Part shown: positions 24,101 to 35,403 of the stretch, piece by piece
Position numbering within the stretch: the first letter of the stretch is position 1
How the letters are laid out: every line of letters begins with the position of its first letter
Assembly (NCBI GenBank): GCA_964658305.1
Contig: OZ210884.1
Coordinates: 7,440,001-7,504,000 of the forward strand
Length of the DNA stretch: 64,000 nt
Origin: Leptogorgia sarmentosa
Taxonomy: Eukaryota
Reading direction: 5' to 3'
Notes under the pieces: generated by a model
The model's input: the letters and a program-made list of their open reading frames with translations, nothing else
Told to the model about the DNA's origin: nothing
Database searches by the model: none
Position numbers and translations under genes: made by a program

Positions 24101-27100
24101 CAAGGTTTATATAGTTAGATGACTTTTCCTCTGAAGGATAGACTCTACTTTTGATCAGCAAATTTCGTAGATTTCCACCAGGACAGAATTCCATGATCAC
24201 ATGAAGCTTTCCTGAACAATAGAGTTTTGTTATTTATTGTATGTGGACAAAATTGTGCAAGTACCTCTCAAGCAAAAATTGCCTTCGCTTATGCCTGAAT
24301 ATACAACAGTATAAGTTAATTTAAAATATATTGAAAAAATTTCTCTCTAAAAATCTATGTCGGTACCATAACTATAGTTGTATTTGTTATTGTTTCGATA
24401 CTTGTAGCTATAAAATATAGTACGGCAGTGATTGTAGATTGGTATGAATGTGTTATGTTTTTTTTCCTTCCCTAAGTATCTTTTTTAAAAGCTATCAACG
24501 ACTTTCTTGGAATGAAGCGTTTGCTCAAATAATTCGCTCAAGTACTGACGCTAGTTTCGAATACAAATTATCTGAGATACTAACGTTGCTTCCATAGCCA
24601 CATTTCTGGTACACTCTCCTTTTTTACTAAGCTTGCTTACTAAGTTTCAGCTAGTTTCACCATTCAGGAAATTCAAATACAAAACATAATTATTGCATCT
24701 CCAGGCATTTTACTCGTCGACAAATAAGCTAGATTTTGTGCTCGATGGAAAAGGTAATAAGTAAAAGTAGCATGCTGGAATTAATCAAAAAATTTTTGCT
24801 TTACCTTCTATTGAACAACCGCCAACCAATTTCATGACATTTGGGTGCGGAATTTTGTTAACATCTTTCAAAATTTTCATTTCGGCCATCAAGTCCTGAA
24901 GATCAGATTCTTTTGCATTATCTAAAACGCAAGAGCTAAGCCCTTAGTAAAAATACTTTCAAAGTATAATCAGGGGCCCGTTGTATAAAAACGTAGTTAA
25001 AGTTAACTAATAGTTAAGTCCGAAAATTGACCAATCAGAAACGCGTATTTCAAAGGTAACTACCATTTAACTACGAAACGGATAGTTAAGAGTTTTATAC
25101 AACCGGCCCCTGGTGGAAAACTCAGAAATTCCTATACGAGTGACGATCTCGGAAAAGAGAGGTAAATGAAGTATACGCAGGCATTATGTTTTCAATTATT
25201 GTGATATTGAGTATGTTTGTGACCGTATTTATGTCATTGCATCTCTCTGTATTACCTCTTAAAGTCTTCACAGCAACGACTTCAGGATCACCTTTACCAG
25301 ACGTTAATAATCCTTGTCTGACAATTCCAAATTGTCCCCCGCCCAGTTTTTTGTCCAGTAATTTTAACTGGTCTGCCGCAATTTCCCAGTCCTCCAGTAA
25401 CACAATATACGAAATTTCTTCAGGGAAATCTAAAGAAATAGAATCCATTGTTTAACGAAAATTAAAACTATGTGTCGGTGGTACTTGTCGGTTTGGTTTA
25501 TTTTTCCTAACTAGTATTGAAACGTTATCTTGTTTAGGACAACCACGGAGAAGTCAAGGTAAATGACAGCTGTAGTTAAATTAATTATACATTTGACAAT
25601 TTATTTTGACATTCATGGATAAATATCCAAATTCTAGAGATCTATCGGGGTTTTTTTAATGTATGTATGTGAAATGAAATCAACCACATTTTTCCTAGGG
25701 TTGGTGCTGGTCGCCGTCATACTCAAGTAATTAAATTTCATATTTTTCACCGCTGACCTATGACAGCGGGTGCAACGACTACAATTTCTGGTGATGATTC
25801 GTGTTTACAAACCTTAAAAACAATCGATCAATTTCAAGAGAAATTGATGATGAGGAACATGAATATTTGAATATTCTACCCCCCTTTCCAATTACATATC
25901 ATGCAACACCGCCGACCATAGTTATAATGGTTATGGTAACTGACCTGATGTCTCGGGCAAAACGACGCTCTCAATCGGAGGGGCCACTTTTTCTGAGGCT
26001 AGGATATCTCTGTTAAGTGGGTTGTCACTACGATGCAATGAATGGAATTCCTGCAATAGATAATAAAAAACGACCATGAAGGTTTCTCTGAACCATCACT
26101 CCCTACCCCGTCATCCCCGCATATTGTCTGATATACTTTTCTATGTATTAGTTGTAAGGGAGTATCTTAGCCACGGTTTCCACCAACTTAAAATTTCATT
26201 CCACTAACTGATTGCTTGGACTGGAGCTTCAGCTTCAGACGAGGAATGGAAGAAAAAATACGATCTATTTTTTAACAAGGCATATATTGCTGGTTAGAGC
26301 AGGATAAATCAATCTAATTGAACCAATCTAAGCAAGCAAGCTGTGCGAACAAGCTATGCAAAGTTTAAGATACCAGCTGCATGAAATTGTCTGAAAAAAT
26401 AAACTTTACCCTCACTGATCTTTCATGATCTTTTCTCTGACTTCTTTTTCGCATTTGATATAAAATGATGACGAGAATTATGAGAAATAGTATTGGTGCA
26501 ATCACTGCACCAGCAATAGCTCCATCAGCAATTTCACTGCTTGATCTTTGACCTGTTGCAGGTCCAGTAGGTCCAGGACCAGTACTGACAAAAATGGGGT
26601 TGGAGTTGTTTCCTATTCCCACATTGTTTACAGCCAATACTTTGATTGAGTAGGTCGTTGAGTAGTCTGAAGAAAACAGAAACTGCATTCGTAAGAGAGC
26701 ACAAATACCGCACGTTGTAGCAAAAGGCCTACTCTGGGGTCTAAACTCGCCCAAACTCGCCTAAACTCGCAGCATATTGAAATGATCTTTTACCCTTAAC
26801 TCGCCTAAACTCGCCTTAACTCGCACAAACTCGCACAAACTCGCACCAGCTACATAGCATGATTTTCCCTTAACTCGCTTTTACCTGCCTAAACTTGCGG
26901 CGAGTTTAGACCCCAGAGTAGGCCTTAGCAAACTTTTTACAAACAGGTATAATCTTTTCAGTCACCCTGTTGCAGTGTCGTAGGAAGGTGGATAATAAGG
27001 GGGCTCATATTCATATATTCGTGTGTTGTATCATTAAATTAATTTCTGTTGAAATCGATTGTTTTTATGCTCTGTGTACACGAATAAATGAATATCAGTC

Positions 27101-30100
27101 CCCCTTGTCATCATTTTTCCTACGCCACTGCCCTGTTGACAATTTGTGTTGATGGAACAAGCTGCTGACATCTCGTAACAAGTATGATAGAAAATACAAA
27201 ATAACAGTAACTCCGAATAACATTTTGATTTTTAATCGACGTTTCGACTAGTTTTCAGTCATCTTCAGGATGAAGACTCTTTCAGGTTTCAGTCATCTTC
27301 TGAAAACTAGTCGAAACGTCGATTAAAGATCAAAATGTTATTGGGAGTTACTGTTATTTTGTATTTTCTTAAAATACTGAGTGTTTCCCGTAAGGATGAT
27401 AGGACTATCAAGATTTCCTGTTTAGGATTTCCTCACGCCGTTATGACGGGAAAACATGGCGTAGTTATGGCAATGAGAACATGGTGACTATGGAAAAGAC
27501 GTTTCTACAAAAGATTTTGAGGTATTGTTCACGGTATTATAATATGGAAAAGATTATTTACTCACCTAGGCCTGTTAAAACATATGAGGTTGTTTTTACA
27601 TTTATGGTCTCGTAACGTTCTTTATCAATTTTCCTTGCAGACAGATAGTAGTGGATAATTTCACCATTAGAGTACTTTGGTGGCAACCATGATATATTGA
27701 AACTAGTTCCATCAACAACAACCGAGACGTTTCGAGGCCTGCCGGGATCTGAAAAATGTTATAGATAAGATATTTTTACTCATGTCTTCTTGCTCGCTAG
27801 TCGCTACTCTGGTTCATGTAATTAATACAGAGCTTCCTCGAGGTGTATTCACGAGCTAATTTTTCGACCCTCCAGTCTACGTAGTATCTTCAGGTGGACA
27901 TACTCTTGTGGTAAATAACTGCCGTCATCTCTATTCAGAGCATGATGATTCATATCAATATGCCACGCTACTAGGCAACGTCTTGACCATAGCGATTGTT
28001 TGTGGTAATAATTTTCGAATTTTCCCACGCAATCGCGTGTTTGGTATCGTATAAGCACGCCAGAGATTATGGTTTCTCAATTCATTCGTTCTCTCCAGGC
28101 CACAGGTTTTTTTAGGATAAGCAATATCAATTTATACTTACTGTCTGGTAATGTCATAAATTGACCAATCTTAGCTAACATCTTGCAGTCTCCTCCGTAC
28201 AGTATGCTGAAACTGTAATTGTACTTCTTATTTGGTACTAGAAAAATTGAAAATTAAAATTGGCTTGAGTCGTGATCCTTTACAGCCCTGATCTAATACC
28301 TGAGGGATGGTATTATTATTTCTCAAAGTAGATAGCACAAGATAATAATTTATAAGCTTTACACATGCACAATAATCTAATTTCATTGAATACTGCATAA
28401 TAATTATGTGATACGGTTGGATTCTTTGCATTTTGTCCTTCACTACAGGATATACCGATTTAATTTTTAAATCACCACCCCACCAAACTCTTCCTCATCT
28501 CCTGCCAAACTATCTTCATTTGTTTGTGCATACATACAAAACTCAAACACTGTACATACCTAAATCACGAATATTGTGTTCTCTTGCCCTGAGATCATAA
28601 ATAGATACGGGGGGGAAACTACCAACTTTAAAGCTGAATCCTCTGTCTTCAGGGTCTAGGTTGTATTTCCAAGTAAATTGCACGGATCTTCTTCTTGGAA
28701 CAACATTCGCATCAATTGGTTTTATAACGACCGAAGATGGGCAATCTCCATCTGGAAATTGAGATTAAACGTGGTTAACAAAGGATTATATTATCAAAAG
28801 TCGTTTTGATGTTGATATTCCTTTGACGAAATTAAATGCAAATATGAAAGAACGACAATGTATTATACCACAAATTGCTAAATATAAAAATTAACTGTTT
28901 TAAGATATTAAGAGATTGTCGGTAACTATGTCAATAAATACTTTTTTATGAAAATCAAAACAGGAAAACTTTTAAAATAATTTTAAGAGGGAGGTGGATA
29001 AAACGAAATTCAAATCTTGATTGTAAAGAATATGAGTCGGGGAAAAAACACAAGGGAAATGCAGCTTAGTTACCCGATAAACAACTTTTAAGGACGTAAA
29101 TATATAAAGAGTTTAGGAAATGATATTATGCATTTTAAGTTGGGCTTGGAATTGGAACGAGCTAAGAAAGAAGGGATAAGTTAACTGAAGCCTGAAGGCA
29201 AATAAACGTTATAATAACTTTGCTTGCTAGCTCGATCCAAAAATATCAAACAGTAACACCCTAACTCAAGCTGAATTCAATTTTCCTTGTCATATTTTCC
29301 AGTCATTTACCATCGGTTAACTCGGCTCCCGATAACTCGAACTATTTTTCGTTCCCCCTTGGCTGCTCGAGTTGGCGGAGCGTACTCTACCTAGATCTTG
29401 TTGTACGGGCTTGGTCTGTACCAAAAGACCTCGGCGATCTATATTTCCATGCACAAACCCCATACTTCGTGAATACGAAGTTAATACTCTTCTGGGGCCA
29501 GTTGTCCAAAGCTAGGTTTGCGCTAACCGTTGGTTAATATTTAACCCAACGTTTTGAACAAAACTATTATTGATCCACAAGAGATTTCTGAAGATATATC
29601 TCTAAATTCATAAACAAAATGTTGCGAAATTTGTTTGAAATTCTTAAATCAACCCAGGGTTAAACAAACCGGCTTTTGAACAACTGACCCCGGATGGCTT
29701 GCAGGCAGATATTACAAACGACAGTAAATCTTACCAGGCACAGGTGAGTATGTCAATATAATCGGTGATGACATTTTTGTCGGACAACAATTGTTCTCAA
29801 CGACGCAGGTGTATTTATGCGGAAAGTCATCCGTTTCTGGTCTATCTAACAAGTGGGCTTCCCATTGTTTAGGATTTTCTCCCGTGAATGAAATCATTGT
29901 TGTCTTTAGGGTATCATTCTCGCCATCTTTCTCTGTCCTAATCCATGAAATGTGTGTTCTGTTATCTCCTTCACCCGTGCAGGATATGGCAACCTTACCA
30001 AATCCTGTGTAATTACGAGATTCAAGTGGTGAACTGATTTTTTCAATGCGAATATACGGCCCTGGACCTGAAAAAACATTATTAGAAACGGTATTAGGTC

Positions 30101-33100
30101 AATCAGAAAAAATAGTACTGAAAACATTGTGGCAAAATAATCATTTAGTCCAATGATAGACCAAATGGAGTTCCCCTTTTAAACGAACTTTTGAATTAAG
30201 AAATTTTAGACATTAAAATCTACTAGACATTAGCACAGTTGAAAAGGGCATCATAAATTTGGTAAAACTGTGACGTTTGGTTACAAAATATCGTGAAATC
30301 GAAACCTGATTATCATTTCGCCGTGCGTAATACAAAAGTATACAAAATTCGCAAACTTTAAATGACTGTATTTTTCACATTTTACGTTATTTTGCAGCCA
30401 AACTTCACAATTCTACTAAATCAATGGCGCTCGTTCCAGTCGTGGTCATGAATTCTCCTAATTCCAAAGTTCGTCTGAAAGGGGAAACGGCCATTGAAAT
30501 TCTAGCGCCAATTTTATTCCTATCAAAATAACTCATTTGATGTGAAAAACGAATCGTGTGGCAGCGTGGCGGGCTGATTAGCATTTCTCACGATAAGCAA
30601 ACGAGGCCTTAAAATCCACCATTTTTTGTGACACAATCATTAGTTTTTTAACAATCATTTTTCATTAAAACGTGAAAGGTAAAATTCCTTAATAGTCACT
30701 AAAAATTTGACTGTCGGGGAAAATTTCGCAATCATATTCAAATTTTTAGTAACTTAAAGAAATGCGTTTCAGAGAGTTGGTAAAAATTTATTAAATCAAA
30801 CCTTTTTGTGTTGTGGCTGATACTTCCTCAGAACTGTTACCTATTCCAATATGATTTGCGGCGTGTACCTTTACGTTGTACCATGTATAGCCAGCTAAAA
30901 ATCATAAAAATCTCAATGAATAAAATTCCCAAGATCATTTTGCAGCATGATAGAGATCTTTGAACTACAGACAATGACAGGCAATTATCACTCGTTTCCA
31001 ACCCTTCCAGGATAGGTCCTGCATCAATTGTTGTGAAATTCATAGCTGAATAATGGAGTTTGGAAGCAATCATATTGCTTGATTTGGGCCATGTTTTAGC
31101 CTTTTGCCGTCTTTTATGGTGTAGCGTCTTTGGCAGTTGGCAAACCACAAGAAATTTTAGGGGATTTTTTTTTAAGCGATACTCACAAAGTTTGCGGACT
31201 TTGAAATGTTGTAAAGACCCAAGTATTTTTTCCCTGCCACAAACCCGTGAAAAGGGTGCAGCTCTATATGAATCAGCCCGAGATTGTTTCTAAAACGCTT
31301 ATGCAGTATCGTCAATAATAACAGCTTTGACAACTTACTGAGGTTATTAATGAGGAAAGGACTAGCTGTTGCGTTTTCATGTTGATATTCGTTTGAACCA
31401 ATCCTTCTCCAGAATATTACGTAATGAATGCTGTCACTGTTTTCGTATTTTGGTCGTTGCCATAAAACATTCAACGTGTTGCCCTTGGCAACCAATGTAA
31501 CATTTCGTGGTGGACTCGGAACTTAAGACATTAAATGAAAAAAAAAACTAAGAATATCTGAATATCTTGCAAAATCACAATTTTAACGAACAGGAGCAGG
31601 AAGATTCCTCTATACTAACTCCCGACAAAGGCCCTTCGGTCGAAACGTCGAATCTGTTTTACCGTTTAGGTAGTGAGATTGTCCTTCACAACTCGGCCTC
31701 GTTGTCTAATTGTTAAATAGTCCATGAGACGCCAGTAAAAATATAAGAATTGTACCAGTGCGATATCAAGGGCTGACAACTTCCGTGAAGGAGATTGTTC
31801 AAGCACTTACCATCTGGCAGCGTCTTGAAGAAACGAACAGCTGTAAATGATTGGCATTCTATCAAGCTCCCATTTTGTAAAGGAATGGCAAAGATTACTT
31901 TGTATGTGAAGGCATATCTCCGGTTCGGCACTAAGTAAAAGAAAAATAATGATTTTGGTGAATCAATAGGAAACGACCACAAGTGTTTGTATTTATGGCA
32001 AAGTCGTCAAAAGCAAAAGCGAAGTGAGTACACTGAGCTCATAATAATATACTAGCTAGTATAATTACCTGGTTGAGGTAACAAACTGTTTTAATATAAA
32101 TTCTCAGGTGAATATTCAATATATATGCATGAGTTTAAGCCGAATTTTTTCCTTATTTCTCCTTATTTACATTACACCCTTCTTTTACATGCATTGCTGG
32201 CGTAAAGTCCGTAAACATTAAATCCGTAATTATTAAGTTTTTGTAAAATATAAACATCTTAAAATCAACATCAATAATAATAATCATCAATAATAATAAT
32301 ATTAATAATCATCTTAATATAAACATCTTTACTGGTTCTAATGAGGATATGGTTTGAAAATTTAACTTTGACACTGTAGCTATAATATAACAGAAAACAC
32401 TCGGTTTCGCCTCGTTTAACTAAAGCGTCTCAGGAACACAAAACCTATATTCAATTAGGTTTTTCAATGAAACCTGTGAATTTCCAATGCACATACATGC
32501 AGTCATAAAAATTATACCCTTCCCGAGCTACACTGTTCCAACTATCACGAACAACTATGTGATCGTATAATATAAATATGATTCATTTTCATACCTAAGC
32601 CATGTACAGCGTACTCTTGTACAGTGATGTTCAACCTCTTTTCTGAGGTGACACCAGTCACTTGCAACGCAACACCTACGTCTTCTGGATCGTGGTTATG
32701 TGACCACGAAAACAGGACAGATCGCTTACTCGGAAATGGATTAATTGGTATTCGTTTAAATGTATCATCTGGACACTCTGTAGCAAAAATAAAACATTTA
32801 GGCCTTGTTAAATAGCCATTACAGCATGCATTATCCAACCGTCGTCTGAATAATACCAAAACCTCTATTTATTCGTCTTATATTTATTAGCGAAGTGAAA
32901 ATAAATGTGGTTCCTACTTACTTTGTAATGGAACAAAAGGAATTACCAAAGGAGTCGATGTTATTTGTCCGCAGCATTTGTTTTCCGCAACGCAGTAGTA
33001 GGTATACGTCTTATAATCAGGTCTGTACTCTAATCTAGCTTGCCATACTCCATCTTGATGGATGTTGAAGTTAGTTGCATTTAGTGTGACATTCTTTCCA

Positions 33101-34914
33101 TTTTGGCTTGTCCTAATCCAGTGAACACGAGTGTAGTTATCTCCTGCTCCATGGCACAATATTCTTACCAAACCAATACCACGATATACGGGCATTTCTG
33201 TGCTTATTGACATGATATAATAAGTTGGCCTTGGAGCTAAAGTGGCAAAAATGGTGGTATAGCTACTTGAATTGATACAGGATCTGATTTAGCATCGGCC
33301 CACCATTCAATCAAGAAAAACAGGCGAGTTTTGCTGCAATTTTAGGAGCGATTTTCTCCTTTTCAGCGATGTGAAGGAGTTGATCAGTTATAAATGTTCG
33401 AAGTTATGAAATCATATAACAACTTTGATGAGTAACCTACTCCTTCACATCGTTCAAAAGTAGAAAATCACTTCCAAACTTGCAGCAAATATCGCTTGTG
33501 TAAACGAGCCTTTGCAGGGTTTGTTTTTTCGTATTTCAGATTATTGTTTTTAATTGTAATTAATGAATACTTAAGAATGAATCTTGGACAATACGTTAAA
33601 TTGGAGTATGTATTTGTATTGCAGTCTGCTAACCTAGCAATTATAGATTCAAGGATCCCTGCAAAATCCAATTCGCGCATTTTGCCGATTTTCATTTTGC
33701 CAATCGCTCGAAAAACAAAACAAATAAGACAAAACTTTGTTTCCTCGATCGGCAGTAGTTTATGTATAGGCTCCAAATTGACAACGATGGGATTTTACAA
33801 GGCGTATAAATTATTTACAATTAAATTTTCCAAGAAGTGATTATTTAGACAAGCCATCATTCAAAGTTAATATTTGTTAACATTTGTGATGGACGCTGCC
33901 ACTTTTTTGTCGAAGGGCAGAAGACGTCTAACTTCTTATATACTTCATATAATATACTTCATATACTTCATGGTTTATTGTGCAGTGCAGTGATCGACAA
34001 AGAAGATGAAACAGAATATAGGGCAAGAAGGGGGAGGGTCGTGAAAGTACGTGAAAATACACAAGCGATAAAAACACAAAAAAAGTTACTTACACACAGT
34101 TTTGGGCAGTGAACGGACCTCATCACAGCATTTTCCAAAGGCAATACATTCATAGCTATATGGGAACTTATCCTCTGGTGGCTTATCCTCCAATTTTGCA
34201 ACTTTCGAATTCCCGACTATTGGAAATGGGAATTTATCCTTAAATTCTTTGCTGTCTAGAGTTCTTGATTCTCCATCTGAGTTGTTTCGTATCCATAAAA
34301 CTGATTTCACATCTAATGAAGTTTCGCATCGAAGTAAAATTGGACCAGGCGAATCATAATACTTTTCTCCAAGTGGTTCTTCAGTTAAAAGTTCAATTTT
34401 GCTTGAGGGAGGAGGATCACAGCCTATAATTGGGAAAAAATATTCATTATAGGAGTGCCATTTTGGGAGCCTATTATAAGGTTAGACCTCGACCAATGAG
34501 GGTTGCATTATTATTATATTCTATACCCAACAAATTCGTCAGAGAAAGAGCACTCATGGCCCGGAACCTGTGAAACATGACACCCATTGCCACACAGACA
34601 CAAGATCCATCACTTCGAATCCTATAGTTGGTTTGGCGCCTTATTATATACAATGCCGTATGCAACACGAATATACTAACATTGCCTGCGTAGCTTAGCG
34701 CTAAAAATATGTAGTGACGTTGCATATTTTGATGATTATGAGATTTTACTGTAATTGCTCTTTTCCAGATTGCCCCTCATGTATTACAGGGGGCCGCACT
34801 TTTCCGATTTTCGACGATGAACGGCATACCTGCGTCCTTTGTGCACAGATCTGCTGTTTGTGACAGAGGTAACGTAATAGCGCATAGAAAAATGATCCAA
34901 TTCATTTCTTTCAT
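21131..34914 (-). CDS. Receptor tyrosine kinase A (FGFR/RET/Tie-like kinase): SP-Ig-Ig-FN3-FN3-Ig-FN3-FN3-TM-TK, ~1,166 aa, 22 exons
   Basis: Exons 34830-34914, 34094-34423, 32922-33236, 32595-32777, 31811-31930, 31339-31521, 30802-30894, 29735-30067, 28560-28751, 28142-28237, 27566-27748, 26410-26666 (TM), 25945-26050, 25256-25429, 24805-24921, 24021-24211, 23212-23334, 22865-22935, 22669-22709, 22216-22312, 21848-21947, 21131-21241. Intact [37 protein letters not shown]. Confidence 0.9.
23456..23568. repeat. Dispersed repeat fragment; second copy at ~36789-36900
   Basis: TAGTTCTCATAACCAAA..CATAATT.CAAAATTTCAACT..TTTCATACAGAATAAC..AAAATGGATT..GGACAACCC in both places. Confidence 0.75.
24971..25112. 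mobile_element. PIF/Harbinger-like MITE
   Basis: TIR GGGCC(C/G)GTTGTATAAAA flanked by CAG and CTG (CWG-type target). Confidence 0.75.
26725..26925. mobile_element. MITE with 26-bp TIR, internal 10-bp tandem repeats and a 7-bp TSD
   Basis: AGGCCTACTCTGGGGTCTAAACTCGC ... GCGAGTTTAGACCCCAGAGTAGGCCT; TAGCAAA on both sides; internal (CTAAACTCGC)n. Confidence 0.9.
26973..27130. mobile_element. hAT-like MITE
   Basis: TIR CAGTG(T/G)CGTAGGAA; 8-bp TSD CCCTGTTG at 26965-26972 and 27131-27138. Confidence 0.88.
27189..27369. mobile_element. ~70-bp inverted repeat, probable remnant of an inverted Penelope-like pseudo-LTR
   Basis: Arms 27189-27258 and 27300-27369 with 2 mismatches; the centre carries a hammerhead core. 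Confidence 0.7.
27235..27271 (-). ncRNA. Minimal type I hammerhead ribozyme motif (Penelope-associated type)
   Basis: Minus strand reads AUC-CUGAAGA-U-GACU(GAAAACU)AGUC-GAAA-CGUC-GAU: conserved core, 4-bp stem II, palindromic ACGU in place of stem III, GUC cleavage triplet, 3-bp stem I. Confidence 0.6.
29492..29693. mobile_element. PIF/Harbinger-like MITE; same family as 50350-50585 in opposite orientation
   Basis: GGGCCAGTTGTCCAAAGCTAGGTT ... AACCGGCTTTTGAACAACTGACCC; internal sequence resembles the reverse complement of the 50350 copy. Confidence 0.75.
30164..30495. mobile_element. MITE-like element
   Basis: Imperfect TIR AATGG..TTCCCCTTT.A.ACGAACTTT.GAATTA / TAATTCCAAAGTTCGTCTGAAAGGGGAAACGGCCATT. 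Confidence 0.65.
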
Positions 34915-35188
34915 GGCCGCTTCTACCACTCAAATTTTGTTTGTTTTTCTAAAGAAAGGATATATACAGCATGTTAATTACTAGAGTATTTAATAACAGA
35001 AGATTTATTATAAGTGAAAAACGAAGATTTATTATTAAGCGAAAAACGTATTAGCAACAGTCATTTTTACACAAGCATGATAATATACGTACATACGCAG
35101 TCAGTACTAATTAATTAAGACGCTTCTTGAGCGGCAGTCGCTGGCCTAGTATGCGAATGCGAGTTTGGATGTTATATAATATAGACAG

Positions 35189-35403
35189 CTTTAGATTAGC
35201 GACGGTTGCGAAATCTAGTAACACTACGAGTTCATATTTTCTCAACATACTGCTAAAATTAACTACAATTGTGCATGGTCCAACTGAACCTTTGTTAAAA
35301 AGAGGAAGAATGCAAATAAAAGGACGATTAGACGTTGAGGATTGGAAATATTCGAAGGAAATCCGTAGCCATACTAGATTTCGTAGCCGTAGCGAATCTA
35401 AAG
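35189..35403. mobile_element. Inverted-repeat element immediately upstream of the putative RTK-A TATA box
   Basis: CTTTAGATTAGCGACGGTTGCGAAATCTAGTA ... TACTAGATTTCGTAGCCGTAGCGAATCTAAAG. Confidence 0.65.

Noticed and set aside
31187..31289. Exon-like segment with AG and GTGAGT in an RTK-A intron
   Set aside because: Only 49 nt from the upstream donor and gives a stop in the required phase; the real FN3 second half is 30802-30894
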